Assembly: GCA_049977005.1 (NCBI GenBank)
Contig: JBMFHE010000003.1
Coordinates: 92,694 to 156,693, forward strand
Length of the DNA: 64,000 bases
DNA from: Acidilobus sp.
Lineage (GTDB): Archaea; Thermoproteota; Thermoprotei_A; Sulfolobales; Acidilobaceae
Reading direction: 5' to 3'
Position numbers and translations under genes: made by a program. The notes beneath the pieces were generated by a model, which ran no database searches, was not told the DNA's origin, and saw only the letters and a program-made list of their open reading frames with translations. How positions within the stretch are numbered: position 1 is the first letter of the stretch; each line of letters begins with the position of its first letter. Shown in pieces: positions 37,051 through 45,920 of the stretch.

Positions 37051-38408
37051 TGGGGTGCCCAGACAGGACCGACTTAGAGGAGAGGGCTCTCGAGGCCCTT
37101 AGGCCTACGCGGCTTCAGCTCAGGACGCTGGACAGGGCGTTTCACCTCATCAGCTCCGCGCTCGAGTCAGGCCTTTCATCAGAGGGCTTAAGCTACGTAA
37201 TAGAGCCCGAGGGAAGCTACGCCAAGGGGACGCTCCTCAGCGATAGGTGGGAGCTCGACGTATTTGTGCTGTTTAAGGGTGTCGATGAGGGGTGGGTCAG
37301 GAGCGAGTCAGTGAAATACATTAGGCAGGCCCTCTCAGGCCTTCCAGTGGTTTCAAAGTACAGCGAGCACCCGTACGTGACGGTCTCATTGATGGGCCTT
37401 GAGGTCGACGTGGTGCCTACGGTCTACTCTGAGAAGCCGACCCCTGGGCTGGGTGTAGCGAGGACGCCCTTTCATACGAGGTACGTCAAGTCGAGGCTGA
37501 GCCAGTGTCAGGCTGACGACGTGAGGCTCCTGAAGTCTTTCCTCAAGGGGATTAACGCCTATGGGGCTGAGGTCCAGGTGGGCGGATTTTCGGGCTACCT
37601 GGCTGAGCTGCTGGTCCTGAGCTACGGTTCGTTTAGGTCGGCCCTAAAGGCGATGAGTGAGTGGCGCCCTCGCGTGTACCTAGACCCGGAGAAAAGGGGG
37701 CTCAGGAGCAGGCTCGAGGAGAGGTACCCGGAGTCCCCTCTGATAATAGTTGACCCCACGGACCCCGAGAGGAACGCCGCCGCTGCAGTAAGTGAGGAGA
37801 AGCTGGCCTTGGCTGTAATGGCCGCAAAGCTTTACCTAAGGCGCCCCTCACTTTCGTTCTTCCACGTCTTCGGCGGCCGCGTGGAGCTCAAGGAGAAGCC
37901 GCCGCTGGTGCTCGTCATCTGCCGCGGGCGTTATTTTGACGAGCCCCCTGAGAACGTGTGGGGCAGGCTGACCAGGGCATCGAAGGCCCTGCAGTCGGAG
38001 CTGAGGAAAAGGGGGTTCACTCCGTTGAAGGCCAGCGTCTTCACGGATGAGGGAACGCTGGCCGCTATAGGGGTGTCGCTCGCCTTCGAGAGGCTACTCG
38101 GCCTCGAGGTCCTTAGGGGGCCTGACGCGTGGGCGGACCCTGACAACATATTGGCGTTCATCACGAGAAGGCTTGAGGAAGGCGGCCTCTGGGTTGGCGA
38201 CAGGCTCTACGGCTTCAGGAGGTGGAGGGTCACGGAGGCGTCCACCGTTGTTGAGGAATGGCTTTCCAAGGGCTGGGGCGAGCTTGGCGACTTGTGCTCT
38301 GTGGTCACGGTTAACAGCGACCACGGGCTGAGCGGACTGCCAGCCCCGGTGAGGGGTTGGGCTTGGAGGGAGTTCTTTACGGCGCCTTCATGGCTGGCTG
38401 GCCTTTAG
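37050..38408 (+). CDS. cca: CCA-adding enzyme (class I)
   Basis: GSYAKGT.L...LDVF, SEHPY, RTPFH, GFSGYL.ELL, DPTDPERN. Confidence 0.95.
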   Translation: MGCPDRTDLEERALEALRPTRLQLRTLDRAFHLISSALESGLSSEGLSYVIEPEGSYAKGTLLSDRWELDVFVLFKGVDEGWVRSESVKYIRQALSGLPVVSKYSEHPYVTVSLMGLEVDVVPTVYSEKPTPGLGVARTPFHTRYVKSRLSQCQADDVRLLKSFLKGINAYGAEVQVGGFSGYLAELLVLSYGSFRSALKAMSEWRPRVYLDPEKRGLRSRLEERYPESPLIIVDPTDPERNAAAAVSEEKLALAVMAAKLYLRRPSLSFFHVFGGRVELKEKPPLVLVICRGRYFDEPPENVWGRLTRASKALQSELRKRGFTPLKASVFTDEGTLAAIGVSLAFERLLGLEVLRGPDAWADPDNILAFITRRLEEGGLWVGDRLYGFRRWRVTEASTVVEEWLSKGWGELGDLCSVVTVNSDHGLSGLPAPVRGWAWREFFTAPSWLAGL

Positions 38409-39151
38409 ACTCCCCTCAGGCAGCCATCACTATGTGTTATCCTCGCGTGGCAGGCTGTGACGCAGCCAGGTTAGCGTCCGAGATGAGGCGGGCCGGGGTA
38501 TGCTGCCTCCTTGACGTGGGGCGCTCAGAGCTGGTCTACGGCGGCCTCAGGGTGAGGATTCTAGGCAAGGGGCACGCAAGCGTCGTCGTGGCGGCCGCGC
38601 TTGTCGGCGGCGGGATAGTTGCCGTGAAGATCAGGCGAACGGACAGCAAGAGGCAAAGCCTTGAAATGGAGGCGCACATGCTTGAGGAGGCCAGCAGGGC
38701 CGGGGCCTCCCCGAGGCCCATTTACTACGCAAGGGACTTCATCGTTATGGAGTTCGTGGGGGTGGAGAGCCTTGAACGGCTCTTGAGCTACGCCCCAGCA
38801 AACGTCATAGTTGACTTAGTTATACAGGTGCTAAGGGCGGCGAGGGCCCTTGACGCCGTTGAGGTTCTACACCAGGAGCTCAACAGGCCCCTGAGGAACG
38901 TCTTCTTTCCGGGCTGGCCTAACAGCCTGATCGCGAGGATCATAGACCTCGAGTCCGCTTCAAGGGGGTGCGGTAACGTGAATAAGGTCGTTGGGTTCTT
39001 GGTCTCAAGGGGCCTCATAAATAAAGATAGGCACGTCATGGAGCTCCTGAGGAGTTATAAGTCGAGCGGATGCCAAAGAAGTCTCTATAATGATATAGAG
39101 AAGGAAATAGCCAGGGGGCTAAAGGTCAAACTCCTCAACGGGCTGGCTTGA
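38390..39151 (+). CDS. Atypical Ser/Thr protein kinase
   Basis: LGKG, VAVK, IVME, HQEL...N, IID. Confidence 0.8.
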   Translation: MAGWPLDSPQAAITMCYPRVAGCDAARLASEMRRAGVCCLLDVGRSELVYGGLRVRILGKGHASVVVAAALVGGGIVAVKIRRTDSKRQSLEMEAHMLEEASRAGASPRPIYYARDFIVMEFVGVESLERLLSYAPANVIVDLVIQVLRAARALDAVEVLHQELNRPLRNVFFPGWPNSLIARIIDLESASRGCGNVNKVVGFLVSRGLINKDRHVMELLRSYKSSGCQRSLYNDIEKEIARGLKVKLLNGLA

Positions 39152-39478
39152 CGGCGCTGACGCGATTGATGGAACTCCGCCTATGTTGACAACGTTTACC
39201 CTTTCAGACCTGAGCACCAGCCTGAACTCGTCCTCTGCGAAAAGCCTGTTAAAGTCGTCTAATGGCATGAACCTCACCTGCATTGCCCTTGGGGAGAGCT
39301 TCGCCCCACATACGGGGCACGTCATATCGTCATAGCCGGCTAGAACCTTCTTAGGGACTGGAGGACCATTGAACTTATTCTTATCGGCCTTGTCCCCGAT
39401 GGCGTACTTGTAAAGTATCGCTCCGCACTTACGGCACCTTATGATGATTCTCCCTACGTCGGAGAGGTGATTTGACAA
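39119..39478 (-). CDS. Zn-ribbon hypothetical protein
   Basis: CRKCG and CPVCG pairs. Confidence 0.65.
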   Translation of the reverse strand: MSNHLSDVGRIIIRCRKCGAILYKYAIGDKADKNKFNGPPVPKKVLAGYDDMTCPVCGAKLSPRAMQVRFMPLDDFNRLFAEDEFRLVLRSERVNVVNIGGVPSIASAPSSQPVEEFDL

Positions 39479-39758
39479 GCTTACGCACCAGGTATTACCC
39501 TGGCCGTCACCCTCTTAATAGGGGGTTTCAGCCTAGACCGGTTGCACCCCCTTCAATGGCTCTGTGAGTTACCAAGGGAGGAATAGTTGAAAGGCCGCGG
39601 GCGTCTTCTTATGTATACTTTCCGAACAGCCCCAATACTGAGGTAAACCTCTTTAGCGTTACAGCGAGCTCTTTACTAAGTTATCGCACCAGCTGGAGGG
39701 GTTGAGATTCAGTTGACTGTAACGCTTTAAAGTCAGCCAAACCGATGTAGGGGGTGGT

Positions 39759-39864
39759 GGGGCCGTCGTCTAGCCTGGTAGGATGCCAGCCTGGGGAGCG
39801 GGCCCCCATGCCAGGCCGCCTGGATCGCTGGTGGTCCGGGGTTCAAATCCCCGCGGCCCCACCA
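39759..39864 (+). tRNA. tRNA-Pro(GGG) with a 29-nt intron at 37/38 (39797-39825), CCA encoded
   Basis: GGGGCCG/CGGCCCC acceptor stem, CCAGC/GCTGG anticodon stem, BHB with outer helix GCGG/CCGC, GTTCAAATC. Confidence 0.92.
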
Positions 39865-39894
39865 CGCTTATAATTTCCTGGGCTCGACGGCAGG

Positions 39895-40161
39895 ATGGTG
39901 CCAGCCATGGAAAGGCCTAAGATAAAGGTCGGAGATAAGGAGATAGAGCTCACCGATGAGGTTATCGAGGTGCTTAGGAAGTACGTGAAGACAAACATGA
40001 CCCTTGAGCAGCTGGCCGCCGAGCTAGGCCTGAACGGGTGGGAGGAGGCCTACGAGCTAGTGAAGGCCGTCCCCGCCTGGCTCCTCAGGACGTACACCTA
40101 CGTGATAAAGGCTAAGGGAGCGCCCCAGGATATGAAGGCCGGGGCTTCTAGCGGAGGCTGA
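39895..40161 (+). CDS. Small hypothetical protein, possible HTH
   Basis: MTLEQLAAELGL helix-turn-helix-like segment. Confidence 0.65.
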   Translation: MVPAMERPKIKVGDKEIELTDEVIEVLRKYVKTNMTLEQLAAELGLNGWEEAYELVKAVPAWLLRTYTYVIKAKGAPQDMKAGASSGG

Positions 40162-40693
40162 CGGGCTGGAGCTCGAGCCTTAGGAGTCTTGTCTGCGCCT
40201 CCCTGGCGATGGCCTGGTCTACAACCACTAACGAGGCCCCCTTGCCAGGGATTCCATATATTACGAGAGACCCTGGCTCAGCGCACATCAGGGCCGCCAG
40301 GGCCAACATGTCCTCCTCACCCCTCACGACAACGAGTGACCTGGAGGGCCTCTTCATGGCATCACAGAGGGCCTCTATGGCTGCGGGCGATATCCCACCT
40401 GCGGGGTTGTCGAGGACTAGCTTCTCGAAGTGCTCCACACTAACTTGGGACGCCGCGTCCGCCATCTCCTGCCTCCTCGTCTTGCCGTCGATAACGATAA
40501 CGTCTGGGGGCCTGCCTGAGGAGAGGCAATAGCGCGAAACCACGTCGCCCACGCATATCACCTTCCTCCACGGGGCGGCCCTGATGAATTCGCTTAGGTC
40601 GCCGGAGACGAGGAGGCCTCTGGGCCACGAGAAGTCCTCCCTATCCTTATCCTTAACTCTGAACTGAAGCAGTATCCTTACCTCACTTGACAA
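40148..40693 (-). CDS. GTP-dependent dephospho-CoA kinase (DUF359)
   Basis: VGDVV, DGKTRR, NPAG.I, GEEDML, YG.PGKG; follows spt4. Confidence 0.9.
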   Translation of the reverse strand: MSSEVRILLQFRVKDKDREDFSWPRGLLVSGDLSEFIRAAPWRKVICVGDVVSRYCLSSGRPPDVIVIDGKTRRQEMADAASQVSVEHFEKLVLDNPAGGISPAAIEALCDAMKRPSRSLVVVRGEEDMLALAALMCAEPGSLVIYGIPGKGASLVVVDQAIAREAQTRLLRLELQPVSLR

Positions 40694-40913
40694 CGTAGGT
40701 CCCAGCGACCTTTATCGCAAAGGTGCCCTTGTAATTTACCTTCAGCCTCTTCGCCAGCTCAGAGTTGTCCAGGAAAATCATAATTCCCTCCCAGTCGTCA
40801 ACAAACGTGGTCCCCCCGCAGACCGGGCATACGTTCACGTCCCTTGGAACAAGGGCCCCGCAGCTCTTGCAGGCCTTCATGGACACCCTCCTTGTTATTG
40901 TCCTCGCCGGCAT
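40683..40913 (-). CDS. spt4: Transcription elongation factor Spt4
   Basis: KACKSC, CPVCG, DWEG, G.FAIKV. Confidence 0.92.
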   Translation of the reverse strand: MPARTITRRVSMKACKSCGALVPRDVNVCPVCGGTTFVDDWEGIMIFLDNSELAKRLKVNYKGTFAIKVAGTYVVK

Positions 40914-41103
40914 ACGCCTAAGCCCCTCCGCGCGTTGGCGTGGGGGAAATTAATCTAATTTACCTTTAAGTGAACGAAAAGGCCTGTAAAAATCACTACG
41001 TAGCGCTTTATTTTAAACAATCTACAGCATTATATGTAAAGGTGTAGAAGTATACGCTCACATAATTTTGCCTCAAAGGTCTAGCGTAACGTGAGTGATC
41101 GGG

Positions 41104-41280
41104 ATGCCAAAGAAGGTCTGGAGCGAAGAGGAGGAAGGCGAAGAGGAGGAGTTCGAGGAAGAGGAGCCTGAGGAGGAAGAGGAGCTGGGCGAAGAGGAGT
41201 TCGAGGAGGAAGAGGAGTTCGGAGAAGAGGAGGAAGGCGAAGAGGAGGAGTTCGAGGAGGAAGGTGAGGAGGAGTTCTGA
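41104..41280 (+). CDS. Small extremely acidic protein (39 of 58 residues Glu)
   Basis: GTGA SD-like element and ATG, AT-rich upstream region, T-rich downstream, synonymous GAA/GAG alternation. Confidence 0.65.
   Translation: MPKKVWSEEEEGEEEEFEEEEPEEEEELGEEEFEEEEEFGEEEEGEEEEFEEEGEEEF
41125..41258 (+). repeat. 35-bp perfect direct repeat within the Glu-rich ORF
   Basis: GAAGAGGAGGAAGGCGAAGAGGAGGAGTTCGAGGA at 41125-41159 and 41224-41258. Confidence 0.85.
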
Positions 41281-41366
41281 GCACCAGGCCCATAGGCTTT
41301 TGTTCCATGTAACTGTTTTAAAGTCCCGTTAATGCCCTTTGAAGCGCAAGGAGAGAGTTCAGGCCT

Positions 41367-42209
41367 ATGAGTTCCACCCCCCTAGATCAAGATAAGGGGG
41401 AGCTTGCTCAGGGCAAGCCGAGCTCCTTAGCGACGTCCCATACCAACGGCGATGGCAACATTAAGTTCGTGCTGTTCAAGGTCCTCAGCGCCCTCAAGCA
41501 CTTTTACTCGTTCAAAGAGCTTGAGGAAAGGCTTGGGGTATCGGCGCAGATACTGTGGAGGTACGTCTCCCTCAGGAGCGTCCCAGAGAGGCTTACGGCG
41601 GAGAGGCTGCTTCAAAGGATAGATGAGGAGGGGCTTGTCGACGAGGCCTTGAAGAGGGCCCTTGAAGGAGGAGATGAGCTCTGGCAGGTCCTCAGCAGCT
41701 CAGGCGTAATGGCCCTTGCGGAGCTGAAGGTCCTGAACTCCCTGAAGGGTGACAAGGTCAACGCGGTGGTAACAGGTCCTGACGGCTACTCGGCCGCCTT
41801 TGGAGCCGTAATAGCTGACGCCATCCATGCGAGGCTTTGCGTGGCGAGCAGGTCCCCGTACTCTAGACACGTGATTGCAAAGAACTATAAGGTCTCGCAG
41901 GACTACTATGACACCTTAATGTTCCCGAGGGAGTGCATCCCGAGGAGGGGGAGGGCCCTTGTAGTCCTCGTTGACGGCAACAAGACCTCCCAGCTCTCAG
42001 CCATCTTAGACATCGTGAGGGCTAGGCAGGCCTCGGTGGCCGGCATCCTCGTAGTAGTCGGTTCAGAGGCGAAGGTTCGTGAGCTCGTTAAGGCCAAGCT
42101 GGGCTCTGACACCAAGGTCCTGACGCTGACAAGGTACTGCGAGGCCCAGGATCAGCAGTGTGAGGGGGACAAGGAGCCTGTCCCCCCGAAGGGCAACGGA
42201 CAACCTTGA
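41367..42209 (+). CDS. HTH plus phosphoribosyltransferase-like domain protein (putative regulator)
   Basis: N-terminal HTH (SFKELEERLGVSAQILWRYV); C-terminal PRT-like fold with a degenerate PRPP loop. Confidence 0.7.
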   Translation: MSSTPLDQDKGELAQGKPSSLATSHTNGDGNIKFVLFKVLSALKHFYSFKELEERLGVSAQILWRYVSLRSVPERLTAERLLQRIDEEGLVDEALKRALEGGDELWQVLSSSGVMALAELKVLNSLKGDKVNAVVTGPDGYSAAFGAVIADAIHARLCVASRSPYSRHVIAKNYKVSQDYYDTLMFPRECIPRRGRALVVLVDGNKTSQLSAILDIVRARQASVAGILVVVGSEAKVRELVKAKLGSDTKVLTLTRYCEAQDQQCEGDKEPVPPKGNGQP

Positions 42210-42277
42210 GGCGTCCATTCCGAAGCCTTAAAACTGGCCTAAGCCTAAACAATAATAATTGGCTGAGGGCCTGGTGA

Positions 42278-43132
42278 ATGGCAAACTCAACTTTTGTTAG
42301 GCAGAGGGCGTCCGTTTCCTCCCTCATGTCCTTACGCGTGTCTGATGTAATTGACTCAGGCTCAGCGCAGGCAAAGGTGGTGGCTGACGCCAGGGCTTCT
42401 GAGGTCAGAAAGCTAATGAGGGAGCGGGGCTACAGGACCGTCGCCGTCGTCGATGGGAGGCCTGAGAAGTTCGTCGGCATAATAACTAGGGGGGACCTGC
42501 TTATGGTATCGTCTTCTAAGAGCGAGGCCACGGCCGGCTCCCTGGCCTCTCCATCCCCAGTCCTGTTGAACCCCTCCACTACCGTTCAGAGCGCGCTGGA
42601 CCAGATGCTGCGCTACGACCTTTGGGAGGCGCCCGTCTTGGAGGGCCCTTCGTTCGTCGGGTTCTTTGGGCTCAGCGACGTGATAAGGGCCGTCCTTGAC
42701 AGGGCGCCTGAGATCCTGGAGGAAGCGCTCGTTAAGGACTACATGACCCCAAACCCCGTCTCCGTGTCCTCCGAGGACTTCATAGCAAAGATCTGGAGGA
42801 AGATGGTCGAACTTAAGTACGCAGGACTACCTGTAACTGATGAGAACGGGAAGCTGGTGGGCATGATAACTCAGTATGACCTCCTGGTCAAGGGCTACAC
42901 GAGGATACATCTTGAGAGCGAGTCAGGCGCGTCGAGGGGGCCTAAGGTTAAGGAGGCCATGACGAGGTCCGTGAGCTACGTCACGCCGTGGTCCAAGCTG
43001 TCCGAGGTCGCGAGGCTCATGGTGACGAGAGGTTTCGGCCGCGTCCCTGTCGTTGAAGACCAGAAGTCTATGAAGCTCGTCGGGATCGTTGACAGGGAAG
43101 ACGTAGTTAAGGTCCTGAGGGTGAGAGCGTGA
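42278..43132 (+). CDS. CBS-domain protein (about 4 CBS repeats)
   Basis: Repeated LPV..GIIT..D motifs. Confidence 0.9.
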   Translation: MANSTFVRQRASVSSLMSLRVSDVIDSGSAQAKVVADARASEVRKLMRERGYRTVAVVDGRPEKFVGIITRGDLLMVSSSKSEATAGSLASPSPVLLNPSTTVQSALDQMLRYDLWEAPVLEGPSFVGFFGLSDVIRAVLDRAPEILEEALVKDYMTPNPVSVSSEDFIAKIWRKMVELKYAGLPVTDENGKLVGMITQYDLLVKGYTRIHLESESGASRGPKVKEAMTRSVSYVTPWSKLSEVARLMVTRGFGRVPVVEDQKSMKLVGIVDREDVVKVLRVRA

Positions 43133-44115
43133 GCAAGGGCGCCCAGTTCAGGCCCAGGATATCGAAGGCCGTCAAGCTCGTCAGCGGCGTCGCTGTGAGG
43201 AAGGTGGAGGGCTACCGTTATCTAAGGGCTGACTCAGAGCCAAACTGGAGCCAGAGGGTAAGGGAGAGGGAGGGCGAGGTTCTCCAGGTTGCCTCAAGGC
43301 CCGCGATAACGACGACCGCTACATCTACGATAATGAAGGCGATAGAGCTTATGCACATGAAGAGGGTCAGGGGGCTTATAGTTGTCGACTCAAAAGGGGT
43401 CCTCAGGGGAACCCTCACGGCAACTGACGTCATAAATTACCTGGGGGGCGGCCACCTCTATAATATAGTCCTGGAGAGGCACAAGGGTGACGTCTATGAC
43501 GCCCTCAACTCGGAGTTCGTGGAGTCTATCATGAACCCCTCACCAATCTACGTGCTAACTACTGCCAAGGTCTCGGAGACGCTCAGGGTCATGGTCTTAA
43601 ACGGTGTTGGGCTCCTCCCCATCGTCGATAAGCAGGGCATACCGCAGGGCGTCGTCACGGAGCATGACATGGTTAGGCACCTCTCAACCAAGGAGGTCGG
43701 CGTAAAGGTCTCCGACGTGATGACGTCAAACCTAGTCATAGCATATGAAGACGACAGCCTGAGGAGGGTCCTTCAGCTTATGTCAATCTATGGGTTCAGG
43801 AGGCTCCCAATAGTGTCAAGGCAGGAAAGCTCAATAGTTGGCGTCGTCAGCGCCATCGATGTAATATCGTTCTTCGGGTCTCACAGGGCCTTTGAGAGGT
43901 TGACCAGCCGCAGCATCGAAGACGTCCTGTCCGTTAAGGCGTCCGAGATAATGACTAAGGACGTCTACACGGTTTACGAGGACGAGGACGTTAATACTGC
44001 CGCCGCCCTCATGGATAAGTACAACACGAACAGCCTCATAGTTGTCGACAGGAACGGTGAGGCCAAGGGGATAATAACTGAAAGGGACGTCCTGTTGGCG
44101 CTCGCCCTGAGGTGA
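43129..44115 (+). CDS. CBS-domain protein (about 4 CBS repeats)
   Basis: FRRLPIV, GVVTEHD, GIITERD. Confidence 0.9.
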   Translation: MSKGAQFRPRISKAVKLVSGVAVRKVEGYRYLRADSEPNWSQRVREREGEVLQVASRPAITTTATSTIMKAIELMHMKRVRGLIVVDSKGVLRGTLTATDVINYLGGGHLYNIVLERHKGDVYDALNSEFVESIMNPSPIYVLTTAKVSETLRVMVLNGVGLLPIVDKQGIPQGVVTEHDMVRHLSTKEVGVKVSDVMTSNLVIAYEDDSLRRVLQLMSIYGFRRLPIVSRQESSIVGVVSAIDVISFFGSHRAFERLTSRSIEDVLSVKASEIMTKDVYTVYEDEDVNTAAALMDKYNTNSLIVVDRNGEAKGIITERDVLLALALR

Positions 44116-44121
44116 ACAACT

Positions 44122-44985
44122 ATGGCGCCCAGGGTCTCAAGCTACATGAGCTCACCAGTATACGTCGTCACGCCCTCCGACACCCTTGCCTATGCCAGGA
44201 ACCTGATGTTCAAAAGGAACGTGGGGAGGCTCGTCGTAGTCGACTCTGCCGAGAGGCCTGTCGGGGTCATAACGAGCGGGGACATCGTCGATGCGGTTCT
44301 CGGGATCAACTTCAACAGGACCCTTGACGAGATTAAGGTCTCAGAGGCCATGTCAAAGGACCTGATAACTATCGACCCCACCAAGTCACTTAAGACAGCA
44401 GCGCACCTTATGGTTAAGCACAAGGTTGGCGGTCTCCCTGTCGTCGGTAAGGAGAACAAGCTCGTGGGCATAATTACGAGAACTGACCTAGTGAAGGCCT
44501 ACGGGGAAAAGTACCAGGGCGAGCTGAAGGTGGCTGACATCATGAGGACCGACTTCCCAAGGGCCAAACCCACCCACTCGATATATTACGTGCTCAAGCT
44601 GATGGAGGCTGACCCGATAAAGAAGGTCGTCGTAACTGATGATGAGGGCCGGCTTTTAGGCGTGATAGCTGAAAAGGACCTCGCGTTCGCCTACGTGCCC
44701 GCGTTCCTACTCAAGGTTAGGGGCAAGGACCGTTACCTCAGGACAAAGGTAGTGGACCCCCTAAAGGATAAGATTGTAAGCCTCAGGAGCTACCTGGTGC
44801 CCGTCGCAGAGGACATAATGACCCGCGACCCCATCGTGGTCTCTCCCACAGATGACGCAGCCGAGGCGGCAAGGACTATGGCAAGGGAAAGGATTGGGTG
44901 TCTGCCTGTGGTAGACAAGGATGGCAGGTTAGTCGGCCTCGTTACCAAGTATGACTACGTTTACCTCATGTCAAGGGGCGGATAA
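44122..44985 (+). CDS. CBS-domain protein (about 4 CBS repeats)
   Basis: GGLPVV, GIITRTD, GCLPVV. Confidence 0.9.
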   Translation: MAPRVSSYMSSPVYVVTPSDTLAYARNLMFKRNVGRLVVVDSAERPVGVITSGDIVDAVLGINFNRTLDEIKVSEAMSKDLITIDPTKSLKTAAHLMVKHKVGGLPVVGKENKLVGIITRTDLVKAYGEKYQGELKVADIMRTDFPRAKPTHSIYYVLKLMEADPIKKVVVTDDEGRLLGVIAEKDLAFAYVPAFLLKVRGKDRYLRTKVVDPLKDKIVSLRSYLVPVAEDIMTRDPIVVSPTDDAAEAARTMARERIGCLPVVDKDGRLVGLVTKYDYVYLMSRGG

Positions 44986-45001
44986 ACGCTGTAATTAGCC
45001 T

Positions 45002-45919
45002 TCAAGAGGAGAGCAGCCTTTTAGCGAACTCCTCAGGCTCTATCCTCTCCAGGTCATCATAGCCCTGCCCAACACCTACGAATATGACGGGCTTCCTTAT
45101 GGCTGCCGCCACCGACACGACCGTCCCTCCCTTGACGTCTGCGTCGACCTTCGTCACTATTATCGCGTCGACGCCAACCTGGTCGTTGAAGAGCCTGGCC
45201 TGCTCGACGGAGTCGCTCCCGGTCAGCGAGTCCACTACGAGGACCTTCAGGTCCGGCTTGGAGACCCTAACTATCTTCTTGAGCTCATTCATGAGGTCAA
45301 CGTCAACGTGCATCCTACCAGCGGTGTCCAAGAGCACGACGCACGCGCCCCTCTTTTGCGCGACGGAGATCGCATTGTAGGCCACGCTCGCCGGGTCAGA
45401 GCCATAAGCCCCCCCGACGAAAGGAACCCCTAGCCTTTCGGCGTGCGCCCTGAGCTGCTCTTGAGCTCCTGCCCTGAAAGTGTCTGATGCGGCGATCAGA
45501 GGCCTCACGCCGTTGTTGATGAAGTACTTGGCCACCTTCGCGATGGTCGTGGTCTTGCCAACACCGTTTACGCCGAAGAACGCTATAACGTAAGGCCTTC
45601 CCTCGGAGCACTTCCTCTTGGCCTCAGATATTATATCAGGTCCCGGCTGTCCAAGCACGGAGGTGATAGAACTTATGAGCGCTTCCTTAACGAGGCCCTC
45701 TATGTCAGTCCCTCTTGAAACCCTAGACCCCACTAAGGACCTCCTCACGGCGTCCGCTATGTCAGCAGCGACGTCGTAGGCGACTCCAGCCTCGACTAAG
45801 TTCATGACGAGCTCTTCTAGGGAGTCATTTACGTCGTCCAGCTTTATCTCCTTGGTCCCTATCTTCTCCTTGACACTTGACGTGAACCTGGCGAAGGCCT
45901 CCCTTATCTTATCGAACAA
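45002..45919 (-). CDS. ftsY: SRP receptor FtsY
   Basis: GVNGVGKTTTIAK, DTFRAGA, DTAGR, TKVD, GVGQ. Confidence 0.96.
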   Translation of the reverse strand: MFDKIREAFARFTSSVKEKIGTKEIKLDDVNDSLEELVMNLVEAGVAYDVAADIADAVRRSLVGSRVSRGTDIEGLVKEALISSITSVLGQPGPDIISEAKRKCSEGRPYVIAFFGVNGVGKTTTIAKVAKYFINNGVRPLIAASDTFRAGAQEQLRAHAERLGVPFVGGAYGSDPASVAYNAISVAQKRGACVVLLDTAGRMHVDVDLMNELKKIVRVSKPDLKVLVVDSLTGSDSVEQARLFNDQVGVDAIIVTKVDADVKGGTVVSVAAAIRKPVIFVGVGQGYDDLERIEPEEFAKRLLSS

Positions 45920-45920
45920 C

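Noticed and set aside
40915-41095. AT-rich tract as a replication origin unwinding element
   Set aside because: No repeated ORB motifs and no adjacent cdc6/whiP; divergent promoters are sufficient
41081-41308. Pro/Leu/Arg-rich minus-strand ORF, or CRISPR-like repeat
   Set aside because: Antisense of the Glu-rich ORF; the repeats are codon-level with no unique spacers
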